From assembly GCA_045863235.1 (NCBI GenBank), contig BTUM01000096.1, forward strand, positions 1-28,287: a stretch of 28,287 nt of DNA. Direction: 5' to 3'. The notes beneath the pieces were generated by a model, which was given only the letters and a program-made list of their open reading frames with translations, was not told the DNA's origin and did not search any database. Origin of the DNA: Candidatus Xenobia bacterium (GTDB lineage: Bacteria > Vulcanimicrobiota > Xenobia > Xenobiales > QWHO01). The position numbers and the translations under genes are program-made. Positions 17,236-24,773 of the stretch are shown here, one piece after another. How positions within the stretch are numbered: position 1 is the stretch's first letter; the number at the start of each line of letters is the position of its first letter.

Positions 17236-17437
17236 CATTACGGATACCAGGGCCCGCTCGGACCTTTCTTCGCCTTGCTGCCGAAGGGTTGCAAGATGAG
17301 CCTTTTTCGCCCGGAACCGGGCCTCGTGGCCGGTCCTGCCAGGGTGCAGCTCCACTTCAATTCATCCGAGCTCCGTCGTTACGTGCGCGGTGGCCGTCAT
17401 GATCACCAGGGCGCCACGGTGGGGTGTCCGCCCGCAC

Positions 17438-17497
17438 GGCTATCAAACAATGTGTAGTGTAAATTGAGTCATTTACACTACAAGAATTTGGATGGCC
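17438..17497. repeat. REP-like palindrome copy 3
   Basis: TGTAGTGTAAA(17453-17463)-ttgagtca-TTTACACTACA(17472-17482). The right arm matches the copy 1 right arm at 20/27 positions by manual alignment. Confidence 0.85.
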
Positions 17498-17718
17498 TCG
17501 GGGGAGTGTCGGCCCCGCCCTCCCCACTGAGCCGTGGTTGTGTTTACCCGGGCCGGTGTGGCTCCGTTTGCTGGTCGGGCCCGATGCTTGTCTGCGAGCC
17601 GCCAATGACTCCCGAGGGCGCCTGGCATTTTTCGAATCGATCATACAGACCCTCGGCTGACTCTCTACGTCCAAGCGGCGGTAGGTAAACAGCTCCCTGG
17701 CGGGGAACGGATTGTGCG

Positions 17719-18426
17719 ATGCTGCCCCGGGTAGATGAAGCCAAACTCTCCCGCCAGCTCGAGAAGGTGCCGCTGCTCTCGGTGCTGAGCCCTGAGCAGC
17801 GAGCCCAACTGGCCAGGCGCATGCGCCCCCGTCGACTCAAGCCCGAGCAAGCTATTTTCCTGCAGGGCGACCCGGGCGATTGCATGTATCTGCTGCTCGA
17901 AGGCACCATTCGGGTTGTCAGCGAGACCCCCAGCGGGCGCGAGGTGACTCTGACCTTGCTGGGCGCGGGCTCGTTCTTCGGCGACATGGCCCTGCTCGAC
18001 GGCGAGCCGCGCTCGGCCAGCACCTACGCCATCGAGCCCTGCGAGCTCATGGTCTTGTACAGAGCTGATTTTTTCGATTTTCTGCAGAGTTACCCGCCTG
18101 CCGCGCTCAACCTGCTGGGCTTTCTGAGCCAGCGACTGCGACAGGCCAATGCCCGTATCCAGGACCTGGCCCTGCTCAGTGCCCGGCAGCGCCTGGCAGC
18201 GGTGCTGTGCGACCTTGCTCGGCGCCAGGGAACCGACGTGGGCGACGGCGTGCTGTTGCCCCGGGGCGTTTCCCACCGGGTGTTGGCCGGATTGCTGGGC
18301 ACCACTCGCGAGACCATCAGCCGTATGGCCTCCGAGTTCCGAGCCGAGGGCATGCTCGAGCAGAACGGACGTCAAATCAAGGTGACCAGCCTGGACCGCC
18401 TGCAGCAGGTGGTGGAGGAGTCCTAG
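17719..18426 (+). CDS. Crp/Fnr family transcriptional regulator
   Basis: cNMP-binding barrel (IFLQGDPGDCMYLLLEGTIRV; FFGDMALLDGEPRSAS) and C-terminal HTH (SHRVLAGLLGTTRETISRM). Confidence 0.95.
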   Translation: MLPRVDEAKLSRQLEKVPLLSVLSPEQRAQLARRMRPRRLKPEQAIFLQGDPGDCMYLLLEGTIRVVSETPSGREVTLTLLGAGSFFGDMALLDGEPRSASTYAIEPCELMVLYRADFFDFLQSYPPAALNLLGFLSQRLRQANARIQDLALLSARQRLAAVLCDLARRQGTDVGDGVLLPRGVSHRVLAGLLGTTRETISRMASEFRAEGMLEQNGRQIKVTSLDRLQQVVEES

Positions 18427-18794
18427 TGGACGAGCGCCCGCTCGACTCGCTCGACCTCCTGGCCCAACTGGTGCGCGACCCTGGTGGAGAAGCCGTGCGG
18501 ACTCTTGCCGAGGCCGGCACGGATACCGCCTGGTTGCTCGAGCAACTGGACGGCCGCCTGCTGGGCGAGCGTCCCCGGGGCGTTTCGGACGAGTTGCGCA
18601 GCGTGATCGAGAAGGCCCTGATCGTCTCCAAGGACTTCCACCACACCAGCGTGGACTGGATGCACGTCCTGATGAGCATGCTGCTGCTGGGCAGCGCTTC
18701 GGTGGCTTACCTGACCGAGGCTGGCGCCGACCGGGGGCACCTGGAAGCCATCCTGCGCCAGCGGCTTCAGACCCGCCGCAAGGAAGTCAACTAG
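18426..18794 (+). CDS. Stand-alone Clp protease N-terminal (Clp_N repeat) domain-like protein, 122 aa
   Basis: GTG overlaps the Crp stop (TAGTG). Clp_N-like pattern SDELRSVIEKALIVSKDFHHTSVDWMHVLMSML..SASVAYLTEAGAD, preceded by a partial first repeat (DSLDLLAQLVRDPGGEAVRTLAEAGTD). Confidence 0.75.
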   Translation: MDERPLDSLDLLAQLVRDPGGEAVRTLAEAGTDTAWLLEQLDGRLLGERPRGVSDELRSVIEKALIVSKDFHHTSVDWMHVLMSMLLLGSASVAYLTEAGADRGHLEAILRQRLQTRRKEVN

Positions 18795-18795
18795 A

Positions 18796-20157
18796 GTGCT
18801 GCTGGCCCTTACCTTGAGCCGCCCCCCGGCCACCGACCTGGGCTACCTGCTCTCCAAGCACCCCGCCCGCCTGCAGTCCTTCGAGCTGAGCTTCGGGCAG
18901 GCCCACGTCTTCTATCCCGAGGCCACCCCCGAGCGCTGCACGGCCGCGCTGCTGGTCGACATCGAGCCCACTTCTCTGGTGCGCACCAAGCCGGGGGGAT
19001 TTCCCCTGGAGCACTACGTGAACGACCGTCCCTACGTGGCCTCGAGCTTTCTCTCGGTGGCCATGGGGAGCGTCTTCTCCAGCGCCTTCGCGGGTCGCTG
19101 TGGCGGCCATCCGGAGCTGGTCGACCAGACCCTGCCATTCCAGGCCGAGCTGACCTCGGTGCCGGCCCGGGGGGGTGAGAGCCTGCTGCGGCGTCTGTTC
19201 GACCCACTGGGCTACGAGCTCGAGCTGACCCGCCTGCCCCTGGACGAGAGCTTTCCCGAGTGGGGCGACAGCCCGTACTGGCACCTCCGAATCAAAGCTG
19301 AGACCAGGCTGCGCGACCTCCTGGCCCATCTTTACGTTTTGCTACCTGTGCTCGATGATGACAAGCACTACTACGTGGGCTCTGACGAGGTCGAGAAGCT
19401 GCTGCGCCGGGGAGCGGGCTGGCTCAAGGACCATCCCGAGCGCGAGCTGATCGCCTCGCGCTACCTCAAGCACCAGGGGAGCTTGCGGCGAGAGGCGCTG
19501 GCTCGACTGCGCGAGGACCTGGCCGACGAGCAGCCCCCCGCCGAGAAGGTGGAGCGATTGCACGATCTGCGCCTGCAGGAGGTCCTGGCCGTGCTCAAGG
19601 AGAGCGGCGCCAGCTCGGTGCTCGATCTCGGCTGCGGCGAGGGTCGCCTGCTGCAGCTCTTGCTCAAGGAAAAGTCTTTTCAGCGCATCGTGGGGGTCGA
19701 CGTGTCCAGCCTGCTGCTCGAGCGGGCCGCCGAGCGGCTGCGCCTGGAGCGCATGTCCGAGCGCCAGCGCCAGCGGCTGACCCTGCGATTGGGGTCGCTG
19801 GTCTACCGCGACCGCGCCCTGGAGGGTTTCGACGCGGCCGCCGTGGTCGAGGTGGTGGAGCACCTCGAGCCCCACCGCCTGAGCGCTTTCGAACGCTGCG
19901 TATTCGAGTTCGCGCGTCCCGGAACGGTGGTGCTGACCACTCCCAACCGCGACTACAATGTGCTCTGGCCCGCTCTGCCGGCGGGCAAGGTGCGCCACGG
20001 CGACCATCGTTTCGAGTGGAGCCGCTCCGAGTTCTCCGCCTGGGCCAGGGGCGTCGCAGAGCGCCACGGCTACCAGCTGGAGCTGCGGCCGGTGGGAGCC
20101 GAGGATCCGGTGCACGGTGCAGCCACCCAGATGGGGGTGTTTCGGCGTGACCATTAA
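18796..20157 (+). CDS. hen1: 3'-terminal RNA ribose 2'-O-methyltransferase Hen1
   Basis: Bacterial Hen1 N-terminus (PATDLGYLLSKHP, YVNDRPYVASSFLSVA, HLYVLLPVLDDDKHY), SAM motif VLDLGCGEG, EVVEHL, TTPNRDYN, RHGDHRFEW. Confidence 0.96.
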   Translation: MLLALTLSRPPATDLGYLLSKHPARLQSFELSFGQAHVFYPEATPERCTAALLVDIEPTSLVRTKPGGFPLEHYVNDRPYVASSFLSVAMGSVFSSAFAGRCGGHPELVDQTLPFQAELTSVPARGGESLLRRLFDPLGYELELTRLPLDESFPEWGDSPYWHLRIKAETRLRDLLAHLYVLLPVLDDDKHYYVGSDEVEKLLRRGAGWLKDHPERELIASRYLKHQGSLRREALARLREDLADEQPPAEKVERLHDLRLQEVLAVLKESGASSVLDLGCGEGRLLQLLLKEKSFQRIVGVDVSSLLLERAAERLRLERMSERQRQRLTLRLGSLVYRDRALEGFDAAAVVEVVEHLEPHRLSAFERCVFEFARPGTVVLTTPNRDYNVLWPALPAGKVRHGDHRFEWSRSEFSAWARGVAERHGYQLELRPVGAEDPVHGAATQMGVFRRDH

Positions 20158-22606
20158 GCTGCCCGACTTCACCCTGGTCTTGCTGGTGGGGGCTTCCGGC
20201 AGCGGTAAGTCCACCTTCGCCCGGCGCCACTTTCGGCCCACCGAGATCCTGAGCTCGGACTTCTTCCGCGGCCTGGTCTCAGACGACGAGAACGACCAGG
20301 CGGTCAGCGTGGCCGCCTTTGATGCGCTGCACTACGTGCTGGCCCGGCGGCTCGAGCTGCGCAAGCTGAGCGTGGTGGACGCCACCAACGTCCAGTCCGA
20401 AGGCCGCAAGCCGCTTCTGGCCCTGGCCAAGAAGTATCACGTGCGCCCGGTAGCCTTCGTGCTGGACATGCCCGAAGAGGTCTGCCTGGAGCGCAACAAC
20501 GGTCGACCCGACCGCCAGTTCGGCCGCCACGTGGTGGCCCACCATCGTTCCCAGCTGCGCCGCAGCCTCAAGGAGTTGGCTCGGGAGGGCGTGCGCGAGA
20601 TCCACCGCTTCTCCGGCCCCGACGAAGTGGACGCCGTCAGCATCCAGCGCGTGCCCCTGTGGACCGACCGGCGTGGCGACACGGGCCCCTTTGACCTGAT
20701 CGGGGACGTGCACGGCTGCTACGACGAGCTGATCGCGCTGCTGGAGAAACTGGGCTATCGCAAGGGGCGACATCCTGAGGGTCGCCGGGCCGTCTTCCTG
20801 GGCGATCTGGTCGACCGCGGGCCCAAAATCCCCCAGGTTTTGAAGCTGGTCATGGACATGGTGGCGCAGGGCCAGGCTCTCTGTTTGCCGGGCAACCACG
20901 ACGTCAAACTGGTGCAGGCCCTGAGGGGCAAGAACGTGCAGGTCAAGCACGGCCTGGCCTGCTCGCTGGAGCAGCTGGAGAGCGAAGGCGACGCCTTCAA
21001 GCGCCAGGTGCTCGAGTTCCTGGACGGTCTGGTCAGCCACTACGAGCTGGACGGCGGTCGGCTGGTGGTCGCCCACGCCGGGATGAAGCAAGAGATGGCT
21101 GGCCGGGCCTCGGGGGCGGTGCGCAGCTTCGCCCTCTATGGCGAGACCACCGGCGAGACCGACGAGTTCGGCCTGCCGGTGCGCCACAACTGGGCCGCCG
21201 AGTACCGCGGACGGGCCATGGTGGTCTACGGGCACACCCCGGTTCCCCAGCCGGAGTGGCTCAACCGCACGATCTGCATCGACACGGGCTGCGTCTTCGG
21301 AGGGGCGTTGACAGCCCTGCGTTACCCTGAGAGAGAGCTGGTCAGCGTCCCGGCCCGCGAGATGTACTCCGAGCCCATTCGCCCGCTGGGGGTCAGCTCG
21401 GAGCGCAGCCTGCAGCAGCAGCACGACGACGTGCTCGAGCTGTCGCAGGTGCTGGGCAAGCATTATGTGCGCACCCGGCTCAGGGGGTTGGTCAGCATCC
21501 GCGAGGAGAACGCCAACGCGGCTCTGGAGGTGATGAGCCGCTTTGCCGTCAACCCGCGCTGGCTGGTCTACCTGCCTCCCACCATGTCCCCAGCCCAGAC
21601 CAGCGCCCGGCCCGAGCTGCTCGAGCATCCCGACGAGGCCTTCGACGACTATGCACGCCAGGGGGTGGAGCGGGTCATCTGTCAGGAGAAGCACATGGGC
21701 TCGCGGGCGGTGGCCGTGGTATGCCGCGACGCGGGCACGGCTCGCAGCCGTTTCGGGGTGGAGGGCGGCATCGGCTGCCTCTACACCCGCACGGGGCGGC
21801 CCTTCTTCGAGGACCAGTTGCTGGAGCTCGCCGTGCTGGCGCGCCTGCAGAATCGCCTTTCCCCCCTCTTCGAGGAGCTGAATTCGGGCTGGGTGGTGCT
21901 CGACTGCGAGCTCATGCCCTGGTCGGCCAAAGCCCAGAGCCTGCTCCGGGGACAGTACGCGGCGGTGGGGGCCGCCGGCCGCGCGGCCCTGTCGCGGGCC
22001 TGTGAGCTCTTGCACGGCCGGGGTGAGCTGGAGCAGCGTTTTACGCGTCGCCGGGAGGGTCTGGACAGCTTCACCCGGGCCTATCGGCGCTATTGCTGGC
22101 GGGTGGACAGCCCCGACGACCTGAAGCTGGCGCCCTTTCACCTGCTGGCTTCGGAGGGGGCGGTGCACGCCGACAAAGACCACCTCTGGCACATGGAAAA
22201 GCTGGCCCTGACCGGGCTGCATCCCACTTCTTATCGAGTGGTGGACCTGATGGACCGCCAGGGGGCGGTCGAGTGGTGGGAGGAGCTGACCGCGGCCGGG
22301 GGCGAGGGGATGGTGGTCAAGCCGCTCGACTTCGTGGCCCGCGGGCCCAGGGGTCTGGTGCAGCCAGCCCTCAAGTGCCGCGGGCGCGAGTACCTGCGCC
22401 TGATTTACGGCCCCGAGTACACCGCTCGCCTGGGGCTCTTGCGCAAGCGAGGCCTGGCTTCCAAGCGCTCGCTGGCTTTGCGTGAGTTCGCCCTGGGAGT
22501 GGAGGCGCTGGAACGCTTCGTAGCCCGCGAGCCGCTGGGCCAGGTGCACCAGTGCGTGTTCGGGGTCCTGGCCCTGGAGTCCGAGCCGGTCGACCCACGC
22601 CTTTAA
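20147..22606 (+). CDS. pnkp: Polynucleotide kinase-phosphatase (kinase + metallophosphatase + adenylyltransferase/ligase)
   Basis: GTG at 20147 overlaps the Hen1 end. P-loop GASGSGKST; phosphatase GDVHG / GDLVDRG / GNHD / GHTP / IDTG; ligase motif EKHMGSR and EGMVVKP; C-terminal ESEPVDPRL. Confidence 0.96.
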   Translation: MTIKLPDFTLVLLVGASGSGKSTFARRHFRPTEILSSDFFRGLVSDDENDQAVSVAAFDALHYVLARRLELRKLSVVDATNVQSEGRKPLLALAKKYHVRPVAFVLDMPEEVCLERNNGRPDRQFGRHVVAHHRSQLRRSLKELAREGVREIHRFSGPDEVDAVSIQRVPLWTDRRGDTGPFDLIGDVHGCYDELIALLEKLGYRKGRHPEGRRAVFLGDLVDRGPKIPQVLKLVMDMVAQGQALCLPGNHDVKLVQALRGKNVQVKHGLACSLEQLESEGDAFKRQVLEFLDGLVSHYELDGGRLVVAHAGMKQEMAGRASGAVRSFALYGETTGETDEFGLPVRHNWAAEYRGRAMVVYGHTPVPQPEWLNRTICIDTGCVFGGALTALRYPERELVSVPAREMYSEPIRPLGVSSERSLQQQHDDVLELSQVLGKHYVRTRLRGLVSIREENANAALEVMSRFAVNPRWLVYLPPTMSPAQTSARPELLEHPDEAFDDYARQGVERVICQEKHMGSRAVAVVCRDAGTARSRFGVEGGIGCLYTRTGRPFFEDQLLELAVLARLQNRLSPLFEELNSGWVVLDCELMPWSAKAQSLLRGQYAAVGAAGRAALSRACELLHGRGELEQRFTRRREGLDSFTRAYRRYCWRVDSPDDLKLAPFHLLASEGAVHADKDHLWHMEKLALTGLHPTSYRVVDLMDRQGAVEWWEELTAAGGEGMVVKPLDFVARGPRGLVQPALKCRGREYLRLIYGPEYTARLGLLRKRGLASKRSLALREFALGVEALERFVAREPLGQVHQCVFGVLALESEPVDPRL

Positions 22607-22615
22607 AGCGATAGC

Positions 22616-23083
22616 TTAGCTCGACTTCAGATCGAACAACTGCCCCGAGGCGTCTTCCTTCTGCAAGCTCTCCAACTCGTAAGACAGCTCGGCTCCGCCC
22701 TGGCAGGCCAGGCGGAAGAAGTCCATGATCAGCACCTTGCCGTTCTCGATGTCGCCGCGCTCGAGCATGCCCACGCCCTCGGACAGAAGGTCGCAGGCTC
22801 GCTCGATCAGCACCAGCGCGCTGGTAAATCTGCCCTGCAGCGGCCCGGGCAGGCGCGAGGTGAGCGAGCCCGGACCCTGGATGGCCCAGGTGGCCTGGAA
22901 TTGATCCAGGATGTCCAGGAAGCGCCCCACCTCGGCCTCCCCATCGGGGCGGTCGAGGGCTTCGAGCAACTGGCTCACGTGGTTGGCGTGCATGAAGGGC
23001 GGAAAGGCCTCCAGGGGCCGTCCGCAAGCAGCGCAGCGCGTGCTGCGATAAGGGCCATCGGTGCCGCAGGCCAGGCAGATCAA
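22616..23083 (-). CDS. Hypothetical protein with N-terminal Zn ribbon
   Basis: CLAC...CAAC (two CXXC) followed by a helical domain. TTG start overlaps the upstream stop (TTGA). Confidence 0.75.
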   Translation of the reverse strand: MICLACGTDGPYRSTRCAACGRPLEAFPPFMHANHVSQLLEALDRPDGEAEVGRFLDILDQFQATWAIQGPGSLTSRLPGPLQGRFTSALVLIERACDLLSEGVGMLERGDIENGKVLIMDFFRLACQGGAELSYELESLQKEDASGQLFDLKSS

Positions 23084-23268
23084 AGCTCGACCTCCAGCCC
23101 GATCAGCCGGTGCAGCACTCCCTTGAGCAAGAGTCCCAATTGCTCGGTATCCAGCTCACTCGGGCCGACGGTCGCGGCCAGAGCCCGCGAGAGCTCTCCG
23201 GGCTCGAGGCCGAGGGTGAACGCAAGGTCGAGATGCAGTTGCTCCAGTTCGGAAAGTTCCAAGCTCAC
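23080..23268 (-). CDS. Small Leu/Glu-rich hypothetical protein, 62 aa
   Basis: GTG at 23268 overlaps the LysM-gene stop (GTGA) and its stop overlaps the next start, so it is coupled on both sides. Confidence 0.6.
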   Translation of the reverse strand: MSLELSELEQLHLDLAFTLGLEPGELSRALAATVGPSELDTEQLGLLLKGVLHRLIGLEVEL

Positions 23269-24404
23269 GAACCGAAGAGCCGGTTCCACTGCCGTCCCAC
23301 CCAGGTGGTGGCATCGTCGATGCCCTCGCCGGCCCGCTCGACCCAGGAGTCGTCGGTATCACCGGCCGTGGTGCGGGTGGTCTTCTTGCCGTCAGCCCCG
23401 GTGGTGGTCACGGTGGCCTGACCCTCGCCGTTCTTGGTAACCTGCACCTGACGGGCATTGGCCACCTCGGTGGCGGGCTTCTCTTCCGGCTTGCTGCCTC
23501 CGAAGAACTCGTAGATGCTGCGGCCGGCGTTCTCGAAGAAGCCGTCACTGGACTTCTCGCTGATGTCCACCGTGGTGCCCACGCCGTCCCCCTTCTTGGT
23601 GCCGGGGTTGTTGACCTTGACCTGGTCATCGGTCACGGTCACACCCAGGTTGGCCTTGCGGTCGATGTCGGTGACGGTGACCTCGGAATTGTCCGGTTTG
23701 GCGGTGACGTCCGTGCGGGTCATGGCCGAGCCGTCCGAGTTCTTGGCCACCACCTGAGCTTTGGAGGTATCGCCCTCGGAGCTGGCCACGGCATCGATGC
23801 GGCCCTTGTCGCCCACCGTGCTCTCGGTGCTGACGCCGGCGTCACGGTTGTCGTTGCGGGTCTCGGCGTTGACGGTCTGGGTGCCGTTCTCGGCCTTCTT
23901 GGCGGTCAGGTCGATGCCCGCTTTGTCGTCGCCCACCGAGGCGGTGGCCGTTTCGCCCGCCTTGAGATCCTTGGTGGAGACGGCCTCGGCGTTGCCACCG
24001 TTCTCCTTGAGCTTGGAGGGCACGGTCAGTTTCTGACCCGTGCGCACCATGTTGGGGTCTTTCATGTCGTTCTGGGCGGCCACCCGGTCGAGCAGGGTCT
24101 TGCCCTCGGAGTCTTTCTTGTAGATCTCCTCCAGGGAGTAGCCCTGATTGGTCAAAATGTGCTCCAGGCAATCGTTCTTGCCCTGCTTCCAACCATCCAC
24201 CTTGACCTCTGCAGAGCCGGGAGCGCCGATGCTGGCGTAAGGATTCTGGGGAGCAGCAGGGGAGCTGATCGTGGCCTTGTCAGCGGTGGTACCGGTCGTC
24301 GGCGCGCCGGCGGCTGGCGCCGGGCTGGGGGCTGCCGTTGGCGTGGGGCGCGGGGCCGGGGTGGGGGCGACGCTCTGACCGACGGTTGCTGAGCCTGAAG
24401 CCAT
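23265..24404 (-). CDS. LysM-like domain protein with Pro/Ala/Thr-rich N-terminus and Thr/Asp/Lys-rich beta-type C-terminus
   Basis: AAGGAG RBS. NDCLEHIL...LLDRVAAQNDMKDPNMVRTGQKLTVP matches the LysM pattern with an insertion. No Sec signal is visible. Confidence 0.8.
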   Translation of the reverse strand: MASGSATVGQSVAPTPAPRPTPTAAPSPAPAAGAPTTGTTADKATISSPAAPQNPYASIGAPGSAEVKVDGWKQGKNDCLEHILTNQGYSLEEIYKKDSEGKTLLDRVAAQNDMKDPNMVRTGQKLTVPSKLKENGGNAEAVSTKDLKAGETATASVGDDKAGIDLTAKKAENGTQTVNAETRNDNRDAGVSTESTVGDKGRIDAVASSEGDTSKAQVVAKNSDGSAMTRTDVTAKPDNSEVTVTDIDRKANLGVTVTDDQVKVNNPGTKKGDGVGTTVDISEKSSDGFFENAGRSIYEFFGGSKPEEKPATEVANARQVQVTKNGEGQATVTTTGADGKKTTRTTAGDTDDSWVERAGEGIDDATTWVGRQWNRLFGS

Positions 24405-24494
24405 GGGTGGGTGCTCCTTCCAGGTGGTCTTGCCAGTCTACCTCATGTCCAGTGGCAGATTGTTGAGGAAGAGGTAACCTTTGTAAACGAGAGG

Positions 24495-24523
24495 TTGCCA
24501 TTTGGGCTCAGGTTTGTTAACTT
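24495..24523 (+). promoter_or_regulatory. Putative sigma70-type promoter for the FmdB-Tex operon
   Basis: TTGCCA (24495-24500), 17-nt spacer, TAACTT (24518-24523) with an extended -10 TG, in an AT-rich intergenic stretch. Confidence 0.5.
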
Positions 24524-24554
24524 TGCCCCAAGCTCTGCCGAAAGGACGACTCCC

Positions 24555-24773
24555 ATGCCTGTCTACGAATACACCTGCCAGGACTGCCAGCGCGACTTCG
24601 AGCTGCTGGTGAAGGGGCCGAGCACCGAGATCGCCTGCCCCCAGTGCCACTCGCACGAACTGAAGAAGCGCATCTCTAGCTTCAACAGCAACACCACCTC
24701 CAGCCAGCCCGAGATGGCTCCCGGCGGCTGCGGCCGCTGCGGCTCGAGCACTCCGGGAATGTGCAACCTCTGA
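24555..24773 (+). CDS. FmdB-family zinc-ribbon protein, 72 aa
   Basis: MPVYEYTCQDCQRDFELLV...CPQCHS..LKKRISSF with a Cys/Gly tail GGCGRCG..C; AAGGA RBS upstream. Confidence 0.9.
   Translation: MPVYEYTCQDCQRDFELLVKGPSTEIACPQCHSHELKKRISSFNSNTTSSQPEMAPGGCGRCGSSTPGMCNL

Noticed and set aside
17260..17281. Similarity of cttcgccttgctg to the reverse complement of the 2225-2264 repeat
   Set aside because: Only 12 of 13 nt match, which is plausible by chance.
17453..17482. Palindromes as a canonical Crp box for the adjacent regulator
   Set aside because: The geometry (11-8-11) does not fit TGTGA-N6-TCACA; the best internal match is only 7/10.
17052..17482. Copies 2 and 3 as an active recombination pair excising the intervening DNA
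   Set aside because: The central spacers differ (cttatcgg versus ttgagtca), which normally blocks tyrosine-recombinase exchange, and no recombinase is nearby.
16752..17688. Short track ORFs in the 16.8-17.7 kb gap
   Set aside because: Composition is Arg/Pro/Gly-rich and atypical, they run through frame-breaking repeats and palindromes, and no convincing RBS was seen.
20279..22549. Long antisense ORFs (756 aa here; also 2214..3734, 5693..7546, 10095..11795, 12903..14156, 24563..26494, 490..1338)
   Set aside because: They are shadows of well-supported genes on the opposite strand, as expected in high-GC DNA, and show no recognisable motifs.
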